From NCBI RefSeq assembly GCF_009914755.1, contig NC_060941.1: 64,000 nt of DNA. The stretch is one strand, 5' to 3'. Within the stretch, counting starts at the first letter, position 1, and the number at the start of each line of letters is the position of its first letter. The position numbers and the translations under genes are program-made. Below, piece by piece: positions 1 through 14,100 of this stretch. The notes under the pieces were generated by a model. That model was not told the DNA's origin. It searched no databases and saw only the letters and a list, made by a program, of their open reading frames with translations. Source of the DNA: the human T2T-CHM13v2.0 reference genome, Homo sapiens.

Positions 1-344
1 CAGTCCTATACTGGAGTATGTTTGAATTAAAATAATTATGGCTGATAGCACAACAAAGATCCCTGGAAGTCAATCATCCTTCACAAATACCACAGATAGA
101 ACCTTCCCGGTGGCGGGAAAAGACTCTGTCATAGATGGAAGCAACAAAGGACTTGCCGGAGATCCCTCCAGAAACCCAGATGTCCTCTGGGAAGCCAGAA
201 TGCCTCACCTCTGAAAGAAGCCCATGTGTGTATGACGTGGCCTCTGAGGCCGCGGTGCCTGTAGGACTGAGAGGACAGGTCACTGTCACTCCTGGGATAC
301 ACTGCGTCCTTCTCAGGTCAACTGTGTTGACTGAATTGACATGC

Positions 345-641
345 TTATTATTATTATTATTTGAGACAGGGTCTCGTTCTGTCACCCAGGTTGGAGTGCA
401 GTGGCGTGATCATGGCTCACTACAGCCTCAACCTCACGAGCACCACTGATCTTCTCACCAAGCCTCCCCAGTAGCTGGGACTACATCCATGCATCACCAC
501 GCCTGGCTAATTTTTCAAGTTTTTTACAGAAGGTGATCTCATTATGTTGCCCAGGCTGGTCTTGAACTCCTGGCCTCAAGCAATCCACCTGCCTTGGCCT
601 CCAAAAGTGCTGAGATTCCAGGTGTGAACCACCGTGCCCAC
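345..641 (-). mobile_element. Alu SINE (AluJ-like)
   Basis: Reverse-complement Alu dimer (gagacagggtctcg...gtgaaccaccgtgccc), (TTA)n tail, diverged J-type positions. Confidence 0.93.
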
Positions 642-863
642 TGACCCACTGTTTTGGTGATATCATATGGACAACCCAAAGTGAACATCTTTGTCCTCTT
701 TCTCTATTGCAGTTTTAAATTTGAAATTACCAATAGCGCTGATTCAATTTTTGTGCCAAAAAGGGGATCATTGAGGACCTGGCTGAGATGGTCTGATGCC
801 CAGAAACACTTCTTGACCCATAGGTAGACCTCTTTCCAGCTTATTCCTGTTGTTTAGGATTTA

Positions 864-1177
<314 letters not shown>

Positions 1178-1649
1178 GATTTCATTCTTTCCAGAGTAAA
1201 GCACCTCCAAGGGGGTCGCAGCTTGGCACCCTTCAGGCTTAAGGGAAGTTGTTGGGTTTGGGACTTAAAGCTACTGGGGCTTGAAGGGGTAGGGAAGGAG
1301 TGAGAGGAGGGTCAGGGGGGCAGGAGATAAGCAGAGAAATGGGGGGTTTCCTGGGGCCCAAAGCTGGGCCCTGGTAGTGGGGGAGCCTTGTCCCCTCCAC
1401 TCCTTCAGCTCTGTGCAGGCTGGGCAGGGCAGAGCTTGCAGATCCTAGCCTGGGTCAGAGCCCCCCATGAACACTCCACCCCTTCATCCTGCTCCTTCCT
1501 TCTCCCCTTCCTCCACATTCTGGACCTGCTCATCCCAGCCCAGGTTGTGAAACTCTGTTCAGGCTGATCAGTTTCTCTGCATGAGCTCAGGACTGGGGGG
1601 TGTGGAGGAACTCCCTCTTCATCTCCATACTGACCTCCCTCTGCATGTC

Positions 1650-2077
1650 CCTCTGGGACGGAACAGTGTCACCCCAGAATTCCCATCTGCATGGAACTGC
1701 AGAGCAGGGCTTGGTTTGGAGTAAGGGTCTTCATAGACATAATTGAGTTAAGGGTCTAAATGCAATCACCCTGGATTTAGGGTGGGCTCTAAACTGAATG
1801 ACTGGGGTCTTTGCAAGAGAAAGAAGAGAACATTTGGGATGCACAGACACAGAGAGGCAGATGGGAGCCATGTGTCTGTAAGCTAAGAAACCAAGGATCG
1901 CCGGGAGCCACAAGAAGCTGGGAGACAGGCCTGGACAGAGTCTCTCTCAGAGCCTCCAGAAGGAAATAACCCCCACCTTCATCTTGAACTTCCAGGCTCC
2001 AGAACCATGAGAGAATACATTTCTGTTCTTTGAAGCCACTCACTTGGTGACAATTTGTTACAGCAGCTCTAGGAGAC
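1650..2077 (+). mobile_element. MaLR solo LTR (MLT1B/C-like)
   Basis: MLT1 hallmarks ggatttagggtgggctctaaa, agcctccagaagg, atttctgttctttgaagccac, tttgttacagcagc. Confidence 0.85.
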
Positions 2078-2235
2078 TTCCTTTCTTAATGTTGCAAATA
2101 TTTATTGAGCAGCTACTGTATTCCAGGGGCTCTGCAACATCCTGGAAGCAATACCAAGACCAGGCAGCCCATGCCACAGCACAGCCCTGAGTAGCAGGCA
2201 GGTCTACTGGGACTAGAACTCTAGATCCCATAGAT

Positions 2236-2743
2236 CAGGGGACCTCAAGTCCTTGTTAGGAACCTGGCCTCGAAGCAGGAGATGAGCGGCAGGCCAGACA
2301 AGCAAGTGAAGCTTCATCTGTATTTACAGCCACTCCCCACTGCTTGCATCACCGCCTGAGCCCCACCTCTTGTCAGATCAGGGCAGCATTAGATTCTCAC
2401 AGAAGTGTGAGCCCTATTGTGAACGGTGCCTGTGAGGGATCTAGGTTGCATGCTCCTTATGAGAATCTAATGCCTGATGATCTGTCACCATCTCCCATCA
2501 CCCCCAGATGGGACCGTCTACTTGCAGGAAAACAGGCTCAGGGGTCCCACTGATTCTACGTGATAGTGCAGTTGTATAATGATTTCATTATATATTACAA
2601 TGTAACAATAATAGAAACAAAGTGGACAATCAATGTAATGTGCTTGAATCATCCCGAAACTATACCACCCACAACTCTCGGTCCTTGGAAAAATTGTCTT
2701 GCCCAAAACGAGTCCCTGGTGCCAAAAAGTTTGGAGACCCCTG
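2236..2743 (+). mobile_element. MER1A hAT-Charlie DNA transposon
   Basis: cagggg...cccctg termini, MER1 core (ctaggttgcatgctccttatgagaatctaatgcctgatgatctg), 8-bp TSD ccatagat/ccacagac. Confidence 0.9.
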
Positions 2744-2940
2744 CCACAGACCATCACATTTCCCTTCTGCAGACCGAGGCTGGGTCCACAGTGAGTAGAC
2801 GATGCACCATTTGGCATCCTCTATGTGGACTGCAGCCGCTGAGGAAACTGTAGCATTGTCCCGGTTATTCTGACACCAGGACACGTTCTTTCTCTGGTCG
2901 TAAACTGAGCTCCAAGTGCTTTCGAATTGCCCAGCCCTCA

Positions 2941-3387
<447 letters not shown>

Positions 3388-3709
3388 TCAAGATGGAAAC
3401 TAAAAGGAGAAAGGTGCATAGGGGAGCCCCACAGAGGTGGGCCTGTCCCTGGAGGGAGCAAGGCAGGGCCTGCAGCTCCCGGTGGTGAGTCTTCTCTCTG
3501 ACGCTGACGATGCTGGCTGGCCGAGACACTGCCCTCGGCACAGGGAGAGGAAGGAGCTGAGCAGAGTGTTTACCTTTGGGGCTCTGGACGCCACCCAGCC
3601 GGATCTCGACTTTGAGGTGACAGCCAGCTGGTAGAAGCCCTTGGGCATCACCAGGAGCACCTTTGGGCCACTTTTCAAGCACATATGGGGCCGAGCGCTT
3701 TCCTGCTTG

Positions 3710-3840
3710 ACATCATTTGCTTCTCACTGAGAATTCACAAGGGAGGTGTCAGTATCCCCATCTCACAGATGGGAAGACTGAGGCCCACAGGAAAGTAATA
3801 CCTTCCTGAGGTCGAATAGCTAGTAAATGTAAGCTGCCTG
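3710..3840 (-). mobile_element. MIR fragment
   Basis: ccccatctcacagatgggaagactgaggcccacag core. Confidence 0.75.
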
Positions 3841-3929
3841 GCTTTCTGTGTCCACAAGAGTAACACATGGTGAAACGTATGGCTAAGTTTAAAAGGCCTC
3901 TTTTAATAACTGGAAAATGACATGATAAC

Positions 3930-4043
3930 TAAGAAGAAAGCATGGTGTCATATGTCAATCGGCAGCATTTTCTCTTTCTTAATGGCAGAGACATATAGGT
4001 GCATTTTATAATTGATGGTGTCTTAGATTCCATGATACACAGT
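3930..4043. mobile_element. Kanga-like (TcMar-Tc2) terminal fragment
   Basis: End resembles recalled Kanga terminus (gatggtgtcttagattccatgatacacag-ta). Confidence 0.55.
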
Positions 4044-4050
4044 ATTTAAT

Positions 4051-4330
4051 GTTTATTCATTCAATAGGCATTTATCGGTGCCTGCTAAGTGCTAGGCTTG
4101 GCACCAGGCTGTGCAAATGCAAGTTTGAGAAAGTGCCTGCCCTCAAGGAGCTGATGCCTCATAGGAGAAGTGAGGCAGATGATTGAAATATTTATAATGT
4201 AATTGAGAAGTCCCTTGAGAGGCAGGCAAAGTGCCTCTGGGTGCAGAGTATGACAGATTCTCCAGATGGGACAGTGTTTAAGAGGGTAAGGACTTAACAG
4301 GGAGGCAGAGACAGAGAGCTTAGCAGGGCA
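4051..4330 (-). mobile_element. L2 LINE 3' fragment
   Basis: ttcattcaataggcatttat...cctgccctcaaggagctga. Confidence 0.7.
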
Positions 4331-4360
4331 CTCTGCATGCACTCTGACCCCATCTCCATC

Positions 4361-4719
4361 TGATATGGTTTGGCTGTGTCCCCACCCAAATCTCATCGTA
4401 AGTTGCAGCTCCCATAATTCCCTCGTGTTGTGGGAGGACCCAGTGCGAGTTAACTGAATCATGGGGCGGTTCCCCCATATGTTCCTGTGACAGTGAATAA
4501 GTCTCACAAGATCTGATGGTTTTATAAGGGGAAACCCCTTCCGCTTGGCTCTCAATCTCTCTCTCGCCTGCTGCCATGTAAGATGTGCCTTCCACCTTCT
4601 GCCATAATTGTGAGGCCTCCGCAGCCACGTGGAACTGTGAGTCCGTTAAACCTCTCTTTCTTATAAATTGCCCAGTCTCAGGTATGTCTTTATCAGCAGT
4701 GTGAAAACAGACTAATTCA
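4361..4719 (+). mobile_element. THE1 (B/C-like) MaLR solo LTR
   Basis: tgatatggtttggctgtgtccccacccaaatctc...gtgaaaacagactaattca; 5-bp TSD ccatc/ctatc. Confidence 0.93.
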
Positions 4720-5187
4720 CTATCTATCCAGATTTCCTTTCAGGTCTGGTTGCCTGACTGCCCATTGAGCCCCCAGATATAGGGATCTGGCCCTATATCT
4801 GCAGCCTCCAGTGCAGAGCTGTGTGGGGAAGCCTGGAATGAAGGCTGTGAGGGGTGGGGTCAGAGTTCAGAGAACCACTCACCCTCTACGAGCTGTTTGC
4901 CTGGTGAGGGGTGGTAGAGGCAGGAGTGGGGGGAGTGTATTATGATTATTGGTAGGGAAAAATTCTACGGGCAAGCTCCAAACATCACCCACATGGGGAG
5001 AGAGTTTTAGATTCCACACTCTGATGCATGGAATTGGGGTCAAATTCCTTCTCCCCGACTATCTTCCCAGCACACAAAACTCTGTCCACAGCAGCAAAGT
5101 GGGTGAAAGCAAAGCTCTGATGATTTAGAAGCTAGTCAGCCTCTGAGAGTGATTCCCTGGACTTGGGTGCTTACTAGCTAGGAAAGT

Positions 5188-5420
5188 CATTCATTCACTC
5201 TTCATTCATTCACTCTTCATTCATTCACTCTTCATTCATTCATGCATTCATTCATTCACTCACTCATTCATTCATTCGCTCTTCATTCACTCACTCATTC
5301 ATTCATTCACACACTCATTCATTCATTCACTCTTCATTCACTCACTCATTCACTCTTCATTCACTCATTCATTCACTTACTCTTCATTCATTCACTCACT
5401 CATTCATTCATGCATTCGTT
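5188..5420. repeat. (CATT/CACT)n simple repeat expanded from an L2 tail
   Basis: Degenerate tetramer array abutting L2-like sequence at 5420-5500. Confidence 0.9.
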
Positions 5421-5659
5421 TGCTTAAAGATATGTTTTCTGAGTTTCTGCACGCACTGGGTGCTGTTCTAAGCATGGAGATCCAGCAGGGAACCGGACAG
5501 GTGTTTAGATTTTATCCTGAATGGGATGATGGGTCGCTTGGGATTTCAAGTCAAGAGCACAGCCCCTGATGCAGGGGCTGGGGCTGGGGATATAGGGGTG
5601 AGCACACCAGCCGCGCACCGAAGGGAGAAGGTCTGTGCGTGTTTATGTGTGGGTGTCAT

Positions 5660-5920
5660 GGAGTGAATGGTTTAATTATAGCAGCACTGTGCACCGGCTT
5701 CCCATTAATAATGCAGTGAATTTCAGCAGCAGATTAAATCCTATAAAGGAGTAAATTGCCCAGGAAAGTGAAGTAACATCGTGGTTGAGGACAATCAGTA
5801 CATTATAGGTCTTTGATTAGATAGAAGCCCACGGCAGCGGGCAGATGGGCTCTTAGAAACGCACACATAAGAGAAAAACAGGAAGTGCATCAATCAACTT
5901 ATCAACATCGCTTAAAAGGA
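5660..5920. promoter_or_regulatory. Candidate enhancer / conserved non-coding element
   Basis: Repeat-free; TTAATTA 5672, CTTTGAT 5811, ACAGGAAGTG 5878, ATCAATCA 5889, CTTATC 5898. Confidence 0.4.
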
Positions 5921-6484
5921 ATGGGCTTGTGCTAAAGGTGCAAAGGCTGGGAAAGGATCGGCTGGTCCAGAAAGATTATGGCTCTCACATTAGCACCAGG
6001 GCTGGGCTGTGGCTTAGCTGCCTGTCCAGAGTTCTAGCTAATGGGTCTTTAAGAACTTTACTTCCCTGCCCACTTTCTGATAGTTAGAAAGCCCATCCAT
6101 AAAGTTTCTTGCCTTGGGCAGAAAGTTTCTATCCCTATCTCAAAACAACATGTAGGGGCCCTTTAAGGCAAAAACCTTAAGCTATTTCCTGTCTTCTCTT
6201 TTGCATTCAGGAAATACTCTTTGAGCTGCTGAACACTTTAGTGTTCAGCCCCTTAACCTAAGGAGGAGCTACACAAATGAAGAACTGTGGAACTGACCTC
6301 AGATGCTCTCTCGTTGGAAATTGGCACGCAAACCACAACCACGATGGCGGCTTCTGAGAGGTGGAGGAGAGGGGTGTGGCAAAGCAGCAAGGAAGGGGGT
6401 CTGGGGTCCAGCCCAGCTGGGACAGTGAAGTTTCCCTGTTCAAGGGTAAGTAGGCCTTGATCACCTGCTTCAGGTTTGTGGCAG

Positions 6485-6760
6485 ATGAACTGATAAAATG
6501 CAATGAAAGACAAGAAGCCAGTGTCAGCACGTAACACGCATCTTTGATGTATGATCAGGAACAAAATCATGGGCAGCCCAAGTGGCTGTTTTAACTCAGT
6601 GTGGGGACAGCTGTAAGGAGCAAAGGTGATTGTTTTATGTATTCAGCCATCGGAGAGCCTTGCTTTCAAATGCTCACTTTCTAATTAAGAAACAAAGTAT
6701 CCTGTTTGATTGGCAGCCACAGTGGATGAAGTCCCCAAGAGGGAAGTAAATGCCACCTGT
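6485..6760. promoter_or_regulatory. Candidate enhancer
   Basis: CTGATAA 6490, CTTTGATG 6542, CTAATTAA 6681, AACAAAG 6691, TGATTGGCAG 6707. Confidence 0.35.
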
Positions 6761-7049
6761 GATCTGGGAGAGAAAGAGAATCAAAGGACACAGAAGCTGC
6801 TGCCTCCTGCCCTTACCACAGCCATCCTGGGAACATCGTTTGTTTGTTTAGTCTTTAGATCATTCACTGGCTGATTCAGTCATTCCCTGGTTCATTATAC
6901 ATTCATTCATTCATTCATTCATAACTCATTCTTTGTTTCTCTCATACATCAACTAACTCACAACTTGCCTTACTCACTGTGACAGCTGACATTCATTGAG
7001 ATGCTGTGTGACAGACACAGGCATTGCAGATGAATTTTGTAGTTTGTAC

Positions 7050-7335
7050 TAAAAACTACAAACATTACTGAGAGAAAATCAAGAAGGTCTAAATAAATGA
7101 AGTGATAGACTCTAATTTTGAATTGGAAGACTTAATATCTTACTATGTCAATTCCTTTTAAATTGATTTGTAGATAAAAATGTAACCCCTATTAAAATCC
7201 TAGCAAGATTTTTTTTAAAAATTGATAAACGTATTATAAAACATTTATGGAAAGCCAAAGGGCCTACAATAACCCCAACAATCTTGACAAGAACAAATTT
7301 GGGAAACATTTTCTGATGTCAAGATTTTTTCAAGA
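7050..7335 (+). mobile_element. Old L1M ORF2 fragment
   Basis: aaaactacaaaacattactgagagaaaatcaagaag...ggaagacttaatat L1 ORF2 signature. Confidence 0.85.
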
Positions 7336-7599
7336 TTTGCTAATAGGTTGAGTACTTGTGTGTAGCCTGTTGCTCCACAGGAGTCCCTACAAGCTGATAT
7401 GGCAGAAACAATGCTGTATGTGAAATAAAGATCAAGGCAACAGTCTTGCCCTCAGTAGGCTCCCAGGTGCGTTCACTGTTCTCTGAGCTTTCGTCTTCTC
7501 TGGCTGAATTCTAGTCCTGTAGCCAGTGCCCCATGCAGCTGCTGGGAGTACCCCCAGCGCCGTTTCCCCCACACCAGCTTATAGGGACTCCTGTGGAGC

Positions 7600-8830
7600 G
7601 CTTTTGTTGTCATATATTTTATCTCTACATACATTGTAAACCTCACAATACAAAATATGAATGTATAAACATATTTAAAAGTACTTCTTATTTACCCACT
7701 TATTTACCATTTATAATACTCTTCCTTCCTTTGTGTAGATCCAGATTTCCATCTCGTATTTTCCTTTTGCCCAAAGGACTTTTATTAACAGTTCTTATTG
7801 TACTGTTCTTCTGGTGATGGGTCATCTCAGTTTTTGTTTGTGTTCATTTTTAAAGGTATTTTTGCTGAGTTCAGAATGTTAAGTGGACTTTTTTTTTTTT
7901 TGAGGACTTTAAAGACCACTCCATTTTCTCTGCCTTGCATAATTTTATATGAGAAGTCTGTTGTCTTATGTTTGTCTTTTTCCCCAGCTTTCAAGATTTC
8001 CTTTCTTTTTTTGCTATTTTCCAACAATATGTTTACATTGTGCTTAGTGGAGTGTTTCTTCTGTCTGGTGTTAGTCAGACCTCTCGGATCTGTGGGTTTT
8101 ATAGTTTCATCAAATTTGGAACATTTTCAGCCATCATTTTTTTCAAATATTTTTCTCTCTTCCGCTCTTTCTCCTCTCCCCCTGGGACTCCAATTACATG
8201 ATGGTAGAGCATGTAATATTGTCCCACAAACAGCCACTATTGCTCGATTTATTTTTTCAGTGTTGTTTTCCTTTTGTTGTTGTTGTTGTTTTGATAATTC
8301 TTATTGCTGTTAATTTCATGGATAATTTTATCTGATGTGTCCAATCTGTTGTTAATACCATCCAATGTATCTTTATTTCAGATATTATACTTTTTATCTC
8401 TAGAAGTTTGATTTTTGACTTTTCTACATTTTTCATTTATCTTATCATGTTCATGTTTTCCTTTGCTAGCTGTTTTAACATCCTATTTGGCTAATTTTAT
8501 CATCTGTGTCATTTCAGGGCCTTTTTCCCATTTCTTGATTTTTCTCCTGGTTGTGGGACATATATTCCTGATTATTTGGATGCCTTTTAATTAGATGCTA
8601 GACATTTTCATTTTACTACCTTTCATTGTATTCATTTAAATTGTTGAACCATGTTCTGGAACACTGTTAAGTTACTTGAAATCAACTTGGTTCTTTGGGG
8701 AATAATTTTTAAAGTTTTGCTAGAGTTATAAATATTTGTTCACATATATTCATTTTATAAGCCCTGAACACATCCAGAGTAGCATTTATTCTGGGGCCAG
8801 TTTGGTTTCAAACAACCCTAAGACAATGCT
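7600..8830 (-). mobile_element. Old L1M (ORF1 region), antisense
   Basis: T-rich antisense L1 ORF1-like sequence (catcaaatttggaacattttcagccatcatttt). Confidence 0.75.
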
Positions 8831-8904
8831 GAAGGGTGGAGTCATCAGAAATAATTTTATTATTTATATTATTTTACTTCATATTTGAAAGGTATTTTCA
8901 CTAG

Positions 8905-9295
<391 letters not shown>

Positions 9296-9794
9296 CAGTG
9301 ATGATTCTTATTGAGTGATTTTTTTTTTTCCTGTATGCAATTAATTTTTTTTGGCTGCTTTTACATTTTTCTCTTTATCTTTGGTTTTCAGAAATTTGAC
9401 TCCGATATGCCTAGCAGAAGTTCCTTCGTGTTTATCCTGTTTGAAGTTTGTTGAGATTCTTGGATATGTGGATTGATATTTTAAATCAAATTTGAAATTT
9501 ACAGTTACTATTTCTTCAAATATTGTTTTCTGCCCCATTTTTTTTATCCTCTCTGTTTGGGACTCCTGTTACATGTATTTTAGATTACGTAACATTGTTC
9601 CACAAATCACAGCGATTCTATTAATCTTGTTCACTCCCACTTCCCTTTGTACTTATGTTTGGAGAGTTCCTATTGGCCTGCCTTCAAGTTTACTGATGCT
9701 TTCTTTTGCAATGTATCTGCTGCTGTTAAGCCCATTCAGTGAATGTTACAATTTCAGATCTTTTATTTTTAAGTTCTACAAGTTCCATTCAGTT

Positions 9795-9948
9795 TATATA
9801 TATATAATATATATATATAGTGTCTATTTCTCCGTTGAGATTCCCCATCTGTTCACTTTTTACATATATATTCATTTTATTTATATATATATTTTACATA
9901 TTTATTCATTTTACATATATTCATTTTATTCATATATATTCATTTTAT
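9795..9948. repeat. AT-rich (TA)n/(tatattcatttta)n low-complexity tract
   Basis: Visible tandem units. Confidence 0.8.
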
Positions 9949-10553
9949 AAGTCATGAACACATTTATAAGGGCTGTTTTAAAAATCGTGTTTGCTAATTC
10001 CCATATTTATATTATCTCTGGGTTTGTTTCTATTGACTTGGTGTTTCTCTTGGGTATTTTGTCACATTTTCCTGCTTCATATATCTAGAAATGTTTTACT
10101 ATATTCCAAATATTGCTGACACATTATTGATCATTTGGATTATTTTGTCTTTATTTAAAGAGTGTTGGATTTTTTTCTGGCAGGTAGTTAATTTGCTGGT
10201 GGATCGGCTGAATCTTGTCTTGGCTTGGTTTTAAGCTTTGTTAACGTGGATCTGAAGTAGCTCTTACTCTAACGCTGTAGTAGCCCTATTCCTAAGGTGT
10301 GGACTTTTGAAATCTCCACTAAATTTTTGAATGTTCAGCAATGTCTCCCCACTTTGGCTGGTCAGAACTTCAATGTCTCCCAGCACGGTGCTGGGAGACA
10401 TTGTGCTTTAGAATCTCCATTTAGCTCACAGCTCTCTAATAGTTGTTCTGTGTCAGGCCTTATGTAGTCTCCTCCTAAGCATAACCTGCTTAGTATTTGA
10501 CCAAAAACTCTAGGGAACTCCATGTCAATCTTGGGACATACTTGTATGCATAG

Positions 10554-11156
<603 letters not shown>

Positions 11157-11649
11157 TAAAACTGCTCCTTTACTTATTGTACCACCTCTGTAGTAGTCTG
11201 TAGCAAGGCGGTATGTCTGATGCCCATTATGCTACCACGGCAAAACTGCTAAATCTCTTTCTAGCTATGGAAATGTTACTTCTCAGAAGCCACCTCCAGC
11301 ACCCCCACCCTGGCCTTATTGTACTTATCTTTATAATCTAATTGGCATCACAAGTTCATGTCTGAAACAGTCATTGACGAGGTGAGTGGAATCACCATGA
11401 TTAATTTTGACTACATCAAGCTCCCTCTTGGGCTGGGGGAAGGGATTCCCCCTCCCTAAGCACATGCATGTCCAGGATCTGGGCATGATCAGGTTCCATT
11501 ACTAAGGGAGAAGGGGACAATGAGTGTGGGTGGCTCAAGGGTCCTGCCTCCCTTGTCCTCTAACTTCTCAGTTTCCAGACCCCATCTCAGGAAGCCCAGC
11601 TCTGCTCTTATGTCGGTCCTCAGGAGTTTGTGTCTTCATTGTAACCTTC

Positions 11650-12127
11650 TGCACTGGGCTGAATTTGTCCCCTCAAAATTCATGTCCATCCAGGATCTAT
11701 GAATGTGAGCTTATTTGGAAAAAGTGTCTTTGCAGGTGTAATCGGGTTAAGATGAGGGCACACTGGATTAGAGTGGCCCCGATCCAATGACTGGTCCTTA
11801 TAAGAAGAGGAAAATGTGGGCACAAAAACATCCACAGAGGGAAGACAAAGCCAGACACAGGGAAGGTGGCCACGTGAAGACACAGGCAGAGGGTGGAATG
11901 AAGCACTGATAAGCCAATAAATGCCAAGGTCAGCCAGCAGCCACCAGAAGCTAGGGAAGAACATGGAGCAGATTTTTCCCTCCAAGTCTCCAGAAGGAAC
12001 CAACCCTGCCACTACCTTGACTTTGGACTGCTGGGCTCCAGAACTGTAAGAGGAGACACTTCTGTTGTTTTAAGCCACCCATAGTTTGCAGTGCTTTGTT
12101 AGAGCAGTCCTAGGAGATGAATATACA
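11650..12127 (+). mobile_element. MLT1C-like MaLR solo LTR
   Basis: tgcactgggctgaatttgtccc...ccaatgactggtccttataagaagagg...gaatataca. Confidence 0.9.
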
Positions 12128-12481
12128 TTCCAATAACAGGCCATTTTGTTGAGCTGGTTTGAGCAGTTTTCTATCTCTTTGCTTAAAGCAAAGGAAAATC
12201 CTTCACCATCATGCTCCTCTTCCTCCTTCACCTTCTTTGGAAATTCCACTTCCTCCTGTCCTGTTAAGTCTGCACAATGCCCTCACCAGCCCTCCTTTTC
12301 TCTCACCAGGGACCAGTTTTGCCCTTCACATGCCCTTGGCCCTCAGCCGCATGACCTCTATGGTTTATGTTGCAGACTCTGAGGGACATCTGTTCTGTCT
12401 TCTCCCAGTATCGGGGTCCCACTGTCAGCACCCAGAGAGTAGAGAGACTGGTGTGTTACACAGTGTGTGATGGACCGGCAC

Positions 12482-13125
12482 TGTGATGGTTAATTTTATG
12501 TCAACTTAACTGGGCTAAGGGATGCCCAGATAGCCGGGAGAATATTATTCTGGGAAGGCCTGTGAGGGTGTCTCTGGAGGAGGTTAGCATTTGAATCAGT
12601 AGTTTGGGAAGAGAAGATCCACCCCCACCCACGTGGGCAGTCATCTATCAACCCTTCGAGGGCCCAGAGAAAACACAAAAGCAGAGGAAGAGCAAACTCT
12701 GTCTCCCTCCTTGATCTGGGACATCCATCTTCTCCTGCCCTGACACTGGAGCTCCTGGTTCTCAGGAACTTCAGACTCCAGGACTTGCCCCAGCAGCACC
12801 AGGTTCTCAGGCCTTCAGCCTCAGACTAAGGGTTGTGCCACCAGTTCACCTGGATCTCAGACTTTCAGACTCAGACTGAATGACACCTCCAGCTTTCCAC
12901 GTTGTCCAGCTGGCAGATGGGATATCATACGATTTCTCAGCCTCCATGATCATTGAGCCAATTCATCACCTGTATCAATATCAACATCTATATCTATATC
13001 ATCTATTAATATATCTATGTCTATTTCTATACTATCCATTTCTGTCTGTCTATCCGACTGTCTATCCACCCATCCATCCATTTATCTATCTATCTATCCA
13101 CTGTCTATCCATCTATTTGTCTATC

Positions 13126-13197
<72 letters not shown>

Positions 13198-13247
13198 ATA
13201 TATATATCTCCTATTGATTCTGTTTCTCTGGAGAACCCTGACTAATG
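12482..13247 (+). mobile_element. MLT2 (ERVL) solo LTR
   Basis: tgtgatggttaattttatgtcaactt...ctgtttctctggagaaccctgactaat. Confidence 0.9.
12985..13208. repeat. (TCTA/TCTG)n STR inside MLT2
   Basis: Compound tetranucleotide array. Confidence 0.92.
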
Positions 13248-13459
13248 TGAGGCAACTATTGGGAGTGGTTTGGGGCTGCAGAAATCTGTGAATCTGAAGC
13301 CAGTCAACCAGATGGAGTCTGGAGAGGCCGAGCCCTCAGCGCCAGGGCCCTCTCCCACACTCCAGCTCCGCATTTGGAGCCAAGGCCCTTCATCTGCTAA
13401 ATGCAAACCCAAAGTGAAGGGCCCCCGGGACCCAGGATTATGGACACTCAAAACTAATG

Positions 13460-13680
13460 CCAAATAAACAAGGCAAAATTATTTGTAATTACTCCTAAAG
13501 TCATTTACTTGTATCAGTAATTGACCTGTGCATTCTTTAATCTTTAATGCGCTTTTAAAATTCAGCCTCAGGGAGTCATCTTGCTTATTGACATTTGTCC
13601 TGGTGAGGACTCTGGAGGCATGAGGCTTTGGTTAAGATGTCTTAAAAAGAAATAACCAATTTAGGAAGCCATGACTTTCA
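13460..13680. promoter_or_regulatory. Candidate enhancer (FOX/homeodomain rich)
   Basis: AATAAACA, GTAATTAC, TAATTG 13518, TGACA in unique AT-rich sequence. Confidence 0.35.
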
Positions 13681-13754
13681 CACATCAGGGTAAGGAGGCA
13701 CAGGGAGAGGGGCTGTAGCTGCCTGTGTTTTCCCTGGTCAGGACAACAATGGTA

Positions 13755-13788
13755 GTGACGACGATGATGATGATGGTGACGACGATGA

Positions 13789-13819
<31 letters not shown>

Positions 13820-13898
13820 GACGACGATGATGATGATGGTGACGACGATGATGATGATGATGATGACGATGATGACGATGATGATGATGATGATGATG
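13755..13898. repeat. (GAT/GAC)n compound trinucleotide repeat
   Basis: About 48 triplets with recurring ggtgacgac interruptions. Confidence 0.95.
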
Positions 13899-13899
13899 G

Positions 13900-14100
13900 C
13901 GGCACTAAGATTTATTGAAGAATCTGTATGACTTCAATTAATCCTCTTAAGGAAGCTTTAGAATAGGTGCTATTATGAGCTTCATTTTACTGGAGGAGAC
14001 TATGGCATGGAGAAGCTACATACATTTCCTTAAGATACGCTTTGATTAGATACTGAAGGCAAACTCGACCTCACATCTGCAGAAGCCTCAAACCTTCATC
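13900..14100 (-). mobile_element. MIR
   Basis: tttattga...atttaatcctc...cattttactggaggagact. Confidence 0.6.

Noticed and set aside
13725-13931. Poly-Met ORF
   Set aside because: Reading of the (GAT)n triplet repeat; no coding context
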